IMG/VR virus record: IMGVR_UViG_3300008261_000027 | Coordinates: 54,318 to 118,317 of that record | Source: a virus | Strand: one strand, 5' to 3' | Length of the DNA stretch: 64,000 nucleotides | In this document: positions 41,248 through 51,404 of the stretch, one piece after another | Position numbering within the stretch: the stretch's first letter is position 1 | Layout of the letters: every line of letters starts with the position of its first letter | Program-made: the position numbers and the translations under genes | Notes under the pieces: model-generated | What the model was told of the DNA's origin: nothing | Seen by the model: only the letters and a program-made list of their open reading frames with translations | Database searches by the model: none

Positions 41248-41937
41248 TTATTTTGTTAAAAAACTATCCAGTTTACCCATTAATTTTTTCATTCTATCGT
41301 CCACAATCGGCTTCTGTTCTACTGTTTCATTGAATTTATCCTTATCAGCAACATCCTGGAAAACATACGCACCGGGTGTAGATGGTGACGATACTAAATC
41401 AAAACAAACTAACTCAAAATCATCTTGAACAATATTTTGACCTTTAACCTCTTTCAACGACCCAACACCCCTTGAAGAAATTCCTAATGTGACACCATTT
41501 ATAAGTAACATAGCAGCTTGGTCACCCTTACAGCTAACAATACCCATTTTTTTAAATCCTGGAGATAACAATAGTTTTATTTTACCCATGAGTGTTTTAC
41601 CATCCCACCACGTTTCTAAAATTGTGTGAGAAACTCTATCTAAATCGATAAGAGATGATGAAGGGTGATTTAATTCATTTAGAGCCGAGCCCTTTTTAAT
41701 AATTTCTTGATATTTGGTATTTTCCCTTTTTAATAACATTTCGGGATAAATTCTACCATTCTTATTTGGGGTATCGAATTTTTGCAAAACGGCATACATA
41801 ATAAAGTCCTGATCGGTATCTTTATTCTGCATTTCCGTAATAATATTTTGATTTTGTAGATCACTAGGTGAAATATGCCCAGCGTCATATTCAATTAAAA
41901 TTCCCCTACCAATTTCATTCGGTCCTAATACTTTCAT
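41248..41937 (-). CDS. gp21: Prohead core protease (T4 gp21-like)
   Basis: N.NGRIYP, ELNHP, GISSRGVGS, FDLVSSPSTPGAY. Confidence 0.94.
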   Translation of the reverse strand: MKVLGPNEIGRGILIEYDAGHISPSDLQNQNIITEMQNKDTDQDFIMYAVLQKFDTPNKNGRIYPEMLLKRENTKYQEIIKKGSALNELNHPSSSLIDLDRVSHTILETWWDGKTLMGKIKLLLSPGFKKMGIVSCKGDQAAMLLINGVTLGISSRGVGSLKEVKGQNIVQDDFELVCFDLVSSPSTPGAYVFQDVADKDKFNETVEQKPIVDDRMKKLMGKLDSFLTK

Positions 41938-41980
41938 TTAGATATATTAATATATTGTATAAATACATCTAAAAATTAAA

Positions 41981-42409
41981 TCAGTCCTTAGTTTTGTTGA
42001 AATTAAATAAAGCTTTATTTGATAAGCAATCGTCTACAACTACTTCAGAAAGAAATTTAATCAAATTTTTCACATTAACAGACTTAACGTCAAAGTGATT
42101 TTCGACAAATAACGTAATTTCTAAGTTCATAAAAGACCTCTTATCTAATTTAATTCCTTTTGTTTTGATGTCTAAATCAACAATAGATTCTTTTTTGAAT
42201 AGATCTTTTAAATCAAACTCTCTAATTAACGCTTTTATTTCTCTTCTAGATTGGGAAATGATTTTATCAAAATTATCATCGCCATCTTTTGGCTTAACCC
42301 ATGAATTTAATTTAATATAAATTGTTTTTAAATTTTTATGGTCTACAGTACCATATCCAATTTTAATTTCCTTGTATTCACCTAAAGGAATAAATTTTCC
42401 GATTTTCAT
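41981..42409 (-). CDS. Hypothetical protein of the head module
   Basis: 142 aa; YGTVD.KN.K..YI, KRSFMNLEITL. Confidence 0.65.
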   Translation of the reverse strand: MKIGKFIPLGEYKEIKIGYGTVDHKNLKTIYIKLNSWVKPKDGDDNFDKIISQSRREIKALIREFDLKDLFKKESIVDLDIKTKGIKLDKRSFMNLEITLFVENHFDVKSVNVKNLIKFLSEVVVDDCLSNKALFNFNKTKD

Positions 42410-42503
42410 TAATTTTTACATAATTTTACATATATTATGGTGTATATATAATATACGGAATTTTATCCTAATTAAAAAATAAAATAAATAAATTTTAAAT
42501 AAT

Positions 42504-42692
42504 ATGTTAATAGTTGACGTTAAAAAAGATATTGAAATTGCACTGAAGCAATACAAAAACAAAGTACATAAGGTGAAACAGGTTCAACAGCTTAGAGAAA
42601 GACAAGAGTTTGTTAAACCGTCAGTAAAGAAAAGAAATAGTGTTCTTAAAGCTATTTTTGTTCAAAAAACAAAAGATGGTCCTAGAAATTAG
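42504..42692 (+). CDS. rpsU: Ribosomal protein bS21
   Basis: IE.ALK.YK.K......LRER..F.KPSV.KR....KA.F; Bacteroidota-type MLI start. Confidence 0.92.
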   Translation: MLIVDVKKDIEIALKQYKNKVHKVKQVQQLRERQEFVKPSVKKRNSVLKAIFVQKTKDGPRN

Positions 42693-43426
42693 TCAAGACC
42701 ATCTTTTAATTGTTTTAATCTAAAATAATTATACTTCGAAATTTCCATTTGTCCCACTTCCGAAACAACTGAATTTAATTTATTTGTTAAATCACTGTCC
42801 TTAGACTCATTTAACATGCTAGTTACTTTGGATAAAATATCTTCTTTTAGTGTTGGTATGTTTTTTTCTAAATCTTCGGTAGATAATGCTAAAATATTTT
42901 TTAATTCTTCTTTTTGATTCTCGTTTAATTTTTCTAAATACAAAGTATTAAAATTATTTGCTAAAACTGAATATAGTAAGTTTTCGTTGATTGTGAATGA
43001 ATTTACTTCATTAGTGGTATTATTTTTCTTTTTTGTTAAATGTTCTACTAGTTTTTTCTTCGCAATTATTTTTTTATCTAAGTTATTAAAATTATCCTCT
43101 TCTAAAAGTTGATCTAAACATGAATATACCTCATTTACTTCACCAGTTACGTCACCTAACTGATTATCTAGTTCCTCACAAAACTTTGATATTTTTTTTG
43201 ATTGAGTCTTTAGCAAACTATTTAATTCCTCAACATATAATTTAGCAGTATCTGAATTATCAAAAAATTTATTTTCAATTTCTTCATAAAACAAATACAT
43301 TTCTTTGAAATCTTTATTTGTAACAATTTTAGATAAAATTTGTTTCATCTCAAATTTCTCACCAGATCCAAAAGATTCTGTTAGTTTTTTTAGAATTTTT
43401 GCTTTAATAACACCTATCTTATTCAT
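42689..43426 (-). CDS. Hypothetical prohead-associated protein
   Basis: 245 aa; follows the portal gene; LxE sites. Confidence 0.6.
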   Translation of the reverse strand: MNKIGVIKAKILKKLTESFGSGEKFEMKQILSKIVTNKDFKEMYLFYEEIENKFFDNSDTAKLYVEELNSLLKTQSKKISKFCEELDNQLGDVTGEVNEVYSCLDQLLEEDNFNNLDKKIIAKKKLVEHLTKKKNNTTNEVNSFTINENLLYSVLANNFNTLYLEKLNENQKEELKNILALSTEDLEKNIPTLKEDILSKVTSMLNESKDSDLTNKLNSVVSEVGQMEISKYNYFRLKQLKDGLD

Positions 43427-43428
43427 TT

Positions 43429-45234
43429 TTAATCGTTTAAAATATCTTTTAATTTATTTTCTATTTCATAAATATTCTTCTGTGCCTTTTCTAAATTAAA
43501 AAGATCACTAATATCGTCAACATCACCAAGTACAGCTTTTATTTTACTATACTTTCTTTCACTTAAAGGTTCTGAAGCTTGATCTCCGGCCGCTGGAGAT
43601 GGTGGTGGCCCACCCATAGGCGATTCGCCCCCAGGCATTTCCGCACCCTCAGCACCCTGTGCTTCTAATTTTTGTCTTTCTTCTTCAGATATACCATACT
43701 TACTATCAACCTCGTCAAACACGCCAGATCGTTTAATAACTAATTGCGTATTAGTTAATTCAAATCCCATAGCTCTTTCAAGACGCTGTTGTTGTAAATC
43801 CAAGATAACATCGTTATCACTCATACCTAAAATATTTTTCTTCGCCCAAGTGTGTGATACTGGGAGAATACCAACTTGAGATTGATCCGAAGTGGCGTCT
43901 TTATACAATGTGATTTTTTCTTTCCATTGCTCAATTTTAAGTAAATCGGATTGTGCAGACGGATTTGTTAAACCTAATGTAAAGTTTTCCAATTCATCTT
44001 CTAAACCTAAAAGGTATAAATGAATTAATGCTATTTTATTTAATTCTTGTACCAATGATTTTTGAATTCTATTGATGGTTCTAGCAAAACGAATATCCAT
44101 CAATGCAAGATTCTTACCATCACCAACAACTTCTTCAAATCCTAAATAAGCTTTAGGTATACGAAGTGCCGCCAATAATTTTTTCTGAATATATTCAATA
44201 TCAGCAATTTCACCTAAGTTTTGTGCACCAGCTAAAGTTTCAATTGGACTAGGTGCTGCTGGATCACGAACAGGAATAAAAAAGTCTTGGTCAACCGCCA
44301 TTTGATTGTATCTCATGTCTACATTACCGTTTCTCTGATCAACAACAGTATCTCTTTTAAATTTACTTGCCACACGTTGTACATATGGTTCAATATCCTT
44401 ATCATCCATGTTACCCACAAAAACTTTAAAGACACGTCTTTCAGGTGCCCTTGATGTTCTATAAATTAACATAGCATCTTCAGCAAGAAGTAATTGTTTC
44501 CAGATTCTTCTAATTTTATCCAACATAGAAGTACCATATGGTAGTTTTCTGTCATCACCTAATAATCTAAAGTGAGCCACTTCCCATGATTGGAATTCCA
44601 TGTCTTTATTTTTCCAACTAAATCTTAATTCTCTTACTGGGGCTTTTATATCACCCTGATTTGGTGTTCTGGATTGAGCACCTTCCCATCTTTCTATTTC
44701 AATATTAGGTAGTTGTTGACAACCAATAATACCCTTTTCTGGGTCACTTTTCAAATAAACAAAATTATCACCGTACTTACATAGGTTTCTAGCCCACATT
44801 TGTAAGTTTGTATTAACATCTAACTTATTCTCAAACAAATCTGTTAAAATATTTTTAACTCTTTTTGATTCTGAATAAACTGTTAGAATATCCCCCTTTT
44901 CAGAAACTGTTGTAGATTCCTCAGAATATATGTCTAACGCTGCAGATATTTCTGGAGTAAACTCCATTGATTCATAATCATAATATGCTGCAAGTCTATT
45001 TGGTTCGTAATATACAGATTGATTATATAATGAATTATCCAATTTCGCCCATTTATCATGAAGAAATTGTGATTGTTGAGCCTGTAACTTCGCTTTTTCA
45101 AATTCAACAGGATCATCAGTTTTTAGTAATTCTTCTCTAGAAAAATTAAACGATGGTTGATTAATCGCTTTAGCATTATCAAAACCAAAAATTTTTGTTA
45201 ACCTTTGAAAAATTGTTAAATCGTTATTTGCCAT
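43429..45234 (-). CDS. gp20: Portal protein (T4 gp20-like)
   Basis: EDAMLIYR..RAPERRVF...VGN, DFFIP.R, IETL.G.QNL, LRIP. Confidence 0.96.
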   Translation of the reverse strand: MANNDLTIFQRLTKIFGFDNAKAINQPSFNFSREELLKTDDPVEFEKAKLQAQQSQFLHDKWAKLDNSLYNQSVYYEPNRLAAYYDYESMEFTPEISAALDIYSEESTTVSEKGDILTVYSESKRVKNILTDLFENKLDVNTNLQMWARNLCKYGDNFVYLKSDPEKGIIGCQQLPNIEIERWEGAQSRTPNQGDIKAPVRELRFSWKNKDMEFQSWEVAHFRLLGDDRKLPYGTSMLDKIRRIWKQLLLAEDAMLIYRTSRAPERRVFKVFVGNMDDKDIEPYVQRVASKFKRDTVVDQRNGNVDMRYNQMAVDQDFFIPVRDPAAPSPIETLAGAQNLGEIADIEYIQKKLLAALRIPKAYLGFEEVVGDGKNLALMDIRFARTINRIQKSLVQELNKIALIHLYLLGLEDELENFTLGLTNPSAQSDLLKIEQWKEKITLYKDATSDQSQVGILPVSHTWAKKNILGMSDNDVILDLQQQRLERAMGFELTNTQLVIKRSGVFDEVDSKYGISEEERQKLEAQGAEGAEMPGGESPMGGPPPSPAAGDQASEPLSERKYSKIKAVLGDVDDISDLFNLEKAQKNIYEIENKLKDILND

Positions 45235-45279
45235 ATAATATAAATACTATTCTAATTAATCTAATTAAAAAATATCAGA

Positions 45280-47058
45280 TTATAAACCCTTTTTATTTGT
45301 ACCAAATAACCATGAATATTGTTGATATTGATTTTTACCTGGGTTTGTTGTTGATGTGCCATTTGGCGACCCGTCTATAGACATTGCGCCAATTTGGTCT
45401 AATGTTCCACCATATGAGTAATGTGTAGTATCTGGTTCGTATGTTCTTTCTGACATGACCCAAGATTCTAACATCGCTTTATTTTGTTGTTCATTTCTTT
45501 TTAACTGTGTAAAAGATATGTCACCAGCGTACATCGCAATAGCAATACTCATAATGGCATCATCATGAGCCCCCTTCATATGATTTGGTTTCCCGTTTAT
45601 ATAAACAAAAGTGTTTAGTTCATTTAAAAGTCTATTTGATCTTACAATAAACCCATGTCTAAGCTGCTCTTCAAAACAAGCCACTATTTGTGTTCTCTTG
45701 TTATTAAAATTTATACCCGGTATTTTTTCTAATGCTTTTTGATTAAACTCCCACACATTTTTGGTGTTAAATCCGTCAATAAATAAATCTTTATAATTCA
45801 TTTCCTGCAACTTTCTCGATGTCGCAACACCCATTCCACCAGTAATATCAATCACAATAAATGCGTTATATAATACACCCCATTTATATGCAACAGAAGC
45901 TAAATCATCCGGTGGCATCTTGCCAAGATATTCCAACACTTGCTCTCTTTCATCAAAATCAATAATATTAATTGCGGAAAAATCATCACTATCACCTCTA
46001 CTAACATCGACCCCCATAATATATCTGTGTCCTTCTATTGGCTCTTTCCATTGCCAAAGTGTACCCTGCATATATTTTTCATTAGGAGTTTTAATCATTG
46101 TTTTAGCAATTCTCTCCATTGCTTCTGCAGGTATAACACTATCCCCTGATCCCAAAAAGTCACACTCCAATTCTTGCGCAATCTTTCTTTTATCATATTT
46201 GAATTTTTTTGACATTGATTCAAACCAACTTGAATATGGTTGATACCCATCATTCATTAATTCTTCGTAATTCTCAATATCAAAATCCCTCAATACGACC
46301 TCATTGTCATCGTACTGTTCTCTATTAAGCATATAATGAACAATATCAGGAACTTTAATCCAAACCAAATCTTTTGTGTATCTTGGATCTTTAAACCACC
46401 TTAAATCGGTTATATGGAAATCATTAATACCTTTAATTGCTTGCTCATAAACACCATAGTAAATTGGATCATAACCATTTGGTGTTGAAATTAATATAAT
46501 CTTACCACCGGTAGATAATGACGCCATAGAAGCCGCCCAAAAGTCTTCCCCAGCCTCAATATAAGCAGCTTCGTCGAATACAAGTATAGTTGGGGTATAA
46601 CCACGTAACGCATCCGCAGAAGTTGCTACGGCTTTAACTTCACAACCATTATTCAAACGATATCTACTTTCAGAGTTTTTATCAGCAGAAAAACCAACAT
46701 TAATCCAATCTGGCCATTGATCTAAAAAGTTTCTAACTTTATTAGCCATTTCAATTGCGGTATCTCTTTTGTTTGCAATGATCAAAACTCTCTCAGGATT
46801 TTCTGGTTTTGCTAGTTGTAATCTTTTTGAAATCCACGCAGCTGTTACTGTTGTAACACCCGCTTGTCTGTATTTTCTGGTTATGTTTTCATTGTATTGT
46901 TCATAATCCTTGAGTAATTGGATTTGATCTGGAAACAATTCTAATGGAACATATTTCTTTTGAGTATTATCATATGTTTGAAGATATGTCTTCAAAGCAT
47001 ATGGAGTATCTTTAATAATACGAGCATACTCTTTTAATTGTTCAATTTTGTTGTTCAT
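45280..47058 (-). CDS. gp17: Terminase large subunit
   Basis: RQAGVTT Walker A variant, LVFDEAA, ISTPNG, QELEC.F, GVDVSRG, HDDA.MS. Confidence 0.95.
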   Translation of the reverse strand: MNNKIEQLKEYARIIKDTPYALKTYLQTYDNTQKKYVPLELFPDQIQLLKDYEQYNENITRKYRQAGVTTVTAAWISKRLQLAKPENPERVLIIANKRDTAIEMANKVRNFLDQWPDWINVGFSADKNSESRYRLNNGCEVKAVATSADALRGYTPTILVFDEAAYIEAGEDFWAASMASLSTGGKIILISTPNGYDPIYYGVYEQAIKGINDFHITDLRWFKDPRYTKDLVWIKVPDIVHYMLNREQYDDNEVVLRDFDIENYEELMNDGYQPYSSWFESMSKKFKYDKRKIAQELECDFLGSGDSVIPAEAMERIAKTMIKTPNEKYMQGTLWQWKEPIEGHRYIMGVDVSRGDSDDFSAINIIDFDEREQVLEYLGKMPPDDLASVAYKWGVLYNAFIVIDITGGMGVATSRKLQEMNYKDLFIDGFNTKNVWEFNQKALEKIPGINFNNKRTQIVACFEEQLRHGFIVRSNRLLNELNTFVYINGKPNHMKGAHDDAIMSIAIAMYAGDISFTQLKRNEQQNKAMLESWVMSERTYEPDTTHYSYGGTLDQIGAMSIDGSPNGTSTTNPGKNQYQQYSWLFGTNKKGL

Positions 47059-47070
47059 ATATATAAATAC

Positions 47071-47096
47071 AAAAAGTGGTCAAATTTGACCACTTT
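47071..47096 (-). terminator. Intrinsic terminator
   Basis: AAGTGGTCA-AAT-TTGACCACTT then TTT; downstream of the 47119 gene. Confidence 0.7.
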
Positions 47097-47118
47097 AAGT
47101 TATCTCTTGTTTTAATTT

Positions 47119-48396
47119 TTATTTAAATGCGTCACTTATGTCAATATCATCCGGATTAATATCATCCTCTTCATCGTCATTGTATTCATCATATTCACGT
47201 TTTAATGTCATAGCTTCTCTCATAACCTCAACAAATTTTGCTTGCGCCAATCTATTTTTTGATTCGTCTGCGCTTACAACATTAGATATTATTTTTAAAA
47301 ATTCTTTTGCGGGTATTTCATATAAAACCTGCTCAAACCAACTAATCAATCCTTTGTTTTCGTCTAAAAACATTTCATCCGGTAATAACATTCGTAATTT
47401 TTCATACAATTCTGGACCCATTCTTAATTGAATTGGTTCATTACTTAACACATCGGTTTGGCCCATTACCTTTTGAGCCATCGTTACGTCTTTTGGTAAA
47501 CCATGTCTAGCAGTCGCTTCTTTTATACCTTTAATTAATTCATGGCACAAAACAGGGAACATAGTTGCTTTAGCAACAATTTTTGTATCCACTGGATGTT
47601 CGTCTTCACCACCTTCATCGCCACCACCATCTGCCTGATCCAAGTAGTTTTGGCCAATAACACCACTACCGGTTTGGCTCATTCTATCTATCATTTCATC
47701 CATAGTGAAATACATGAAATCTGTTATAGACATAACTCTTCTATAAAGTGGATGTAAAGCCGGATCAATTTCATCTAATCTAGCTTTTACTTCTGGCTTT
47801 TCGTATATGTGATGTGCTTTTTTTGCTGCACCCTGAACAATTGCATTAATTATATTTCTTTTATGTTTTTCTAATTCAAGCTGTTCTTGTGGTGTTAAAT
47901 CCTCAATATCAAATGATGGTATTTCTACACCTGTTTGGGAAGTTTCTTGCTCTTCATCATCACTTTCCTCTTCTGGAGAAAATCTAAATTTAGATGTATT
48001 AATATCGTTAGCATTTAAACTAAGTTCAAATTGATACCAATTAGGGTTAATCTCAGTTTCTTCAATACAAGCTTCAAGAGCCAATGCTTTTAAAGCTGGA
48101 ATATGTCTATTCTCAATTTGTACAATTCGTGAAAAACCATTCATCATTTCTCCAAACAACATTTGTTGTACTTGTCCAGAGCTTAAATCTTGAATATTTG
48201 TAACTCTTCTTAAATGATCAACAATTTTTTTAAATCTCTCTCCAATTAAACGTTCTACATCTTGAGGGCCTCTACCCATAGCTGGGTTTGAACCATATAA
48301 ACTATCTGGGCTACCAGCTGTTCTTTCTAAGTTGCGACCCATCCTTTCTGGATAATCACCATAATCGATAGCCTCTTTAATCTTTTTACTTTTCAT
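47119..48396 (-). CDS. Hypothetical protein
   Basis: 425 aa; KR.IINA..QG, FPVL.HELIKG..E. Confidence 0.65.
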   Translation of the reverse strand: MKSKKIKEAIDYGDYPERMGRNLERTAGSPDSLYGSNPAMGRGPQDVERLIGERFKKIVDHLRRVTNIQDLSSGQVQQMLFGEMMNGFSRIVQIENRHIPALKALALEACIEETEINPNWYQFELSLNANDINTSKFRFSPEEESDDEEQETSQTGVEIPSFDIEDLTPQEQLELEKHKRNIINAIVQGAAKKAHHIYEKPEVKARLDEIDPALHPLYRRVMSITDFMYFTMDEMIDRMSQTGSGVIGQNYLDQADGGGDEGGEDEHPVDTKIVAKATMFPVLCHELIKGIKEATARHGLPKDVTMAQKVMGQTDVLSNEPIQLRMGPELYEKLRMLLPDEMFLDENKGLISWFEQVLYEIPAKEFLKIISNVVSADESKNRLAQAKFVEVMREAMTLKREYDEYNDDEEDDINPDDIDISDAFK

Positions 48397-49034
48397 TAGT
48401 TTTCTCTAAAAATTTTATCAATCATACCAATTATTTTAGATTTAGCTTCATCGCCGCTTATCTCTTTTGCGCCTGCTTTTGGTACTGGATCTGGTAATGG
48501 TTTTTTATTTGGATCTTGAGGTCTTTGACCAGGATGTCTTGGTCTTTCTCTTTTTGGTGTATCTGTGTCTGGTTTAGATGGCGCCGGCTTAACATCTGGT
48601 TTAACAGCTGGTTCACCCATTTCAAATTCACTTATCTGTGAAGCACCAATTTTTTCTTTAACCAATTCAGAAATTTCACCTTTTGTTGTTAAACTATGAT
48701 ATTTTTTATCAACAACACTTTCAACAAATTCATTTAATTTTTTAAGATCTAAACGTTTTATTTTGTTTTTACTAGCAATTTCTTTTACGTCCTTTTTGGT
48801 CATTTTCTTAACCTTTGGTTCCATAGTCTCTTCCTCAGGCACTACAGTAACATCCTTATCCTTTAATTTATCCGCTAGAGCCGGATCAGCTTTTAAATCA
48901 TCAGCTTTAACTTTCAATCCCTCACCCAATATTTTATCCGAAAACTTCTTTAATTGATTATCGTTGAATCTAATTAAAGTTTTTTCTGAAAAACCTTCTT
49001 TAACAAGTTTTGTAATTATCTCGTTTCTATTCAT
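48396..49034 (-). CDS. Hypothetical protein (Pro-rich, LxE sites)
   Basis: 212-aa ORF in operon. Confidence 0.6.
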   Translation of the reverse strand: MNRNEIITKLVKEGFSEKTLIRFNDNQLKKFSDKILGEGLKVKADDLKADPALADKLKDKDVTVVPEEETMEPKVKKMTKKDVKEIASKNKIKRLDLKKLNEFVESVVDKKYHSLTTKGEISELVKEKIGASQISEFEMGEPAVKPDVKPAPSKPDTDTPKRERPRHPGQRPQDPNKKPLPDPVPKAGAKEISGDEAKSKIIGMIDKIFREN

Positions 49035-49432
49035 TTTAATTTAAATTTTATTTCTTCATTAATTAGTCTGAGACCCTTTGTTGCTAATTTTTCAGTCACG
49101 CTATCTAATTCTTCACCAAAATGAAAAGAAATTCTTATTGGTCTCTCTTCAGCATTTATATCAAATGATTCCCACCCTAAAGCAACAATCCCATCTACAG
49201 CGTCTATAACACCAAAATAATCTGAATTTTGAACTAACTCAAGTTTTAAATCTGAATTCTTTAATAAACCTACTAAGTCTATGTCCTCAATTTCCGGTGG
49301 TATCGCTCTTCCTGCAGATGGGATTATGAACCATTCTTCAACCAATGTATCTGGATCATTACCAAAGATAAATTCATATTGTCTTTGGCCTTTATAATCT
49401 TGACCTAATTCATTGATATAAAGAAGATACAT
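49031..49432 (-). CDS. Hypothetical protein
   Basis: 133 aa; YEFIF, DA.DGI.ALGWE. Confidence 0.65.
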   Translation of the reverse strand: MYLLYINELGQDYKGQRQYEFIFGNDPDTLVEEWFIIPSAGRAIPPEIEDIDLVGLLKNSDLKLELVQNSDYFGVIDAVDGIVALGWESFDINAEERPIRISFHFGEELDSVTEKLATKGLRLINEEIKFKLK

Positions 49433-50545
49433 TTATTCAAAATATTTGCTTAAAGTTGTATTAATACTTTCATTTATATCATCTAGTTCTGGAGTAATCG
49501 CGATATCTTCTTCATCTTCATCATCATACATGCGAGGCGGCTTGTTATCTATTTGATAATCATCCATCGGATCATAATCTAAATGCGTTTTATCTTCATA
49601 AGCTGAATCAACATCTGGGAAATAATCGTCATATTCCGTTAAATCTTTTTCTTCTTCAGAATAAAATTTTGTGTTGATCAATTCTTCTAATTTTGAAATT
49701 CTCTCAGCCAAATCATCTTCCGGAGCGGCTTTAGTCTTTTCATCTGAATCATCTTCTTCTGGTGCCGGTTCCATTTCTGGTTCTGGTTCTCCAGCAGCCT
49801 CGGGCTCTGAAGCCATTTCCTCGTCTCTTTCAAACTTTTTACCAATCTCTTCGATATCATCATCTTCCAATTTATCTAAATCAACTGCAGATATAATCAT
49901 GTTTAAAACATACTTAATATCATCGCTTTCCATTTTTGGTTGTTGATCCCTCAATTCTTGACCTAATTTACCCGCAAATTTTTGAACTTCAGCCATGTAA
50001 TCAGAACGCTTACCCTCTTCTGATGAAGGCGACATTCCCGAATCATCAATTGATGGCTCTGGTGATGCGTCCTGAGGTACAGAATCTGTTGGAGCAGCCA
50101 TAGGCTCTGGGCTAGGCTCAGAACTATCTGCTGGAGGTAATGCCGGAGGCATTGCATCAACAGAATCCTGAGGAAGTGATGCCTCTTGTTTAGATTTATT
50201 TTGTTTTAAAACATATTTTGTCACATCTTCATTAATCTCTTGAGATTTTAATAATTCAAGTCTTTTTAATGCTTCAGCATATGAATTAAATCTGTTTTTA
50301 TTTTTCATAAAAAGACCACCGATGTAATCCAAGGTACCTTCATTTAGTCCCTTCTTTACATAGTATCCGTCCTTTTCTCTTACAATACCATAAACGCCAT
50401 TAGAGCTTTCCTTAATTAATTCTGCTTTCTTAGTGGTATTATTTTCGTTTACCGTATTTTGTTTGTAGTAGGTTAATTCAAGGATTCTTTTGATTTTATC
50501 ATCACCTTGAAGTTTTTCGCTACCGATAGGTTTTAAATCTCCCAT
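49433..50545 (-). CDS. Acidic prohead-core-like protein
   Basis: Likely start MGDLKPIGSEK at 50545; Pro/Glu-rich with many I/L-x-E sites; late motif upstream. Confidence 0.6.
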   Translation of the reverse strand: MGDLKPIGSEKLQGDDKIKRILELTYYKQNTVNENNTTKKAELIKESSNGVYGIVREKDGYYVKKGLNEGTLDYIGGLFMKNKNRFNSYAEALKRLELLKSQEINEDVTKYVLKQNKSKQEASLPQDSVDAMPPALPPADSSEPSPEPMAAPTDSVPQDASPEPSIDDSGMSPSSEEGKRSDYMAEVQKFAGKLGQELRDQQPKMESDDIKYVLNMIISAVDLDKLEDDDIEEIGKKFERDEEMASEPEAAGEPEPEMEPAPEEDDSDEKTKAAPEDDLAERISKLEELINTKFYSEEEKDLTEYDDYFPDVDSAYEDKTHLDYDPMDDYQIDNKPPRMYDDEDEEDIAITPELDDINESINTTLSKYFE

Positions 50546-50618
50546 TGTTTTTAAGTTAAAAATAAGATTATTCTTATTGTATAAATAGTGTAGAAAAGAA
50601 AAAAAATACAGTTTGCAA

Positions 50619-51404
50619 TTATGATAGAGATAATTTCTTATCAGAAACATCTTTTTTCAAATTCATCAATTTTTCGATGTACCCATTTCTTCTTAATAAT
50701 TTAAATGTAAGGTTTTCATATGAATACTCACCACCTCGAGTTAAGCCACTTTTTCTAAATTTTTTAAGTTTATCTTTCACATCATTAATGGAGTTAGAAA
50801 CATCTTCTCCAGCTTCATATTGACTAACTAATTTATCTATATGCTTTGCAAAATATTCACCCTTTTCTAAGATTTTTTTTGTGTCTATTTCTTCTTTTTT
50901 ATTCGATGGTTTTGATATCCATTCATTGTTTAATATGGAATAAACCCCAGAAGAGGTATATTCATCGTCTATGTCCTGAACGTATATTTCAACATCAAAC
51001 CCCTTTATCTTTATATCATGTTTCTCATTCCACAAACCCTTTTTGGCATCAAAAAACTCTCTCACAATATCAATTAACGCAGTAGATGGTTTATCACCCT
51101 CATTTAATTCATCCATGTCAACCAATATGTGTAAATCAACATCCGAATACTCTGACCAATTGTAATTGGCTAAAGACCCCATTAAAACAACATCATGAAT
51201 AAAAAAGTCAACTCCAGCAAAATCGATAAAATCATCTGTTATTTCCAACAATCTAGTAACTATTTCATTTTTCATTGTATAGTTTGTTTCCCCTCCGTCA
51301 AATATTTCGGGACACAAACGATCCTTCATTTCAAATGTTTTGATAATTTTTTTATCGGTATCAGGGTCAGATAATTCTAAAAGTTCATCTACTAAATTGT
51401 CCAT
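50619..51404 (-). CDS. Nucleotidyltransferase (Pol beta superfamily)
   Basis: GSLANY.W..YSDVDLH; third acidic strand VEIYVQ. Confidence 0.85.
   Translation of the reverse strand: MDNLVDELLELSDPDTDKKIIKTFEMKDRLCPEIFDGGETNYTMKNEIVTRLLEITDDFIDFAGVDFFIHDVVLMGSLANYNWSEYSDVDLHILVDMDELNEGDKPSTALIDIVREFFDAKKGLWNEKHDIKIKGFDVEIYVQDIDDEYTSSGVYSILNNEWISKPSNKKEEIDTKKILEKGEYFAKHIDKLVSQYEAGEDVSNSINDVKDKLKKFRKSGLTRGGEYSYENLTFKLLRRNGYIEKLMNLKKDVSDKKLSLS

Noticed and set aside
13936-47058. Inteins or introns in polB, terminase, portal or capsid genes
   Set aside because: Sizes are ordinary, motifs are contiguous, and no intein or homing endonuclease signatures were seen.
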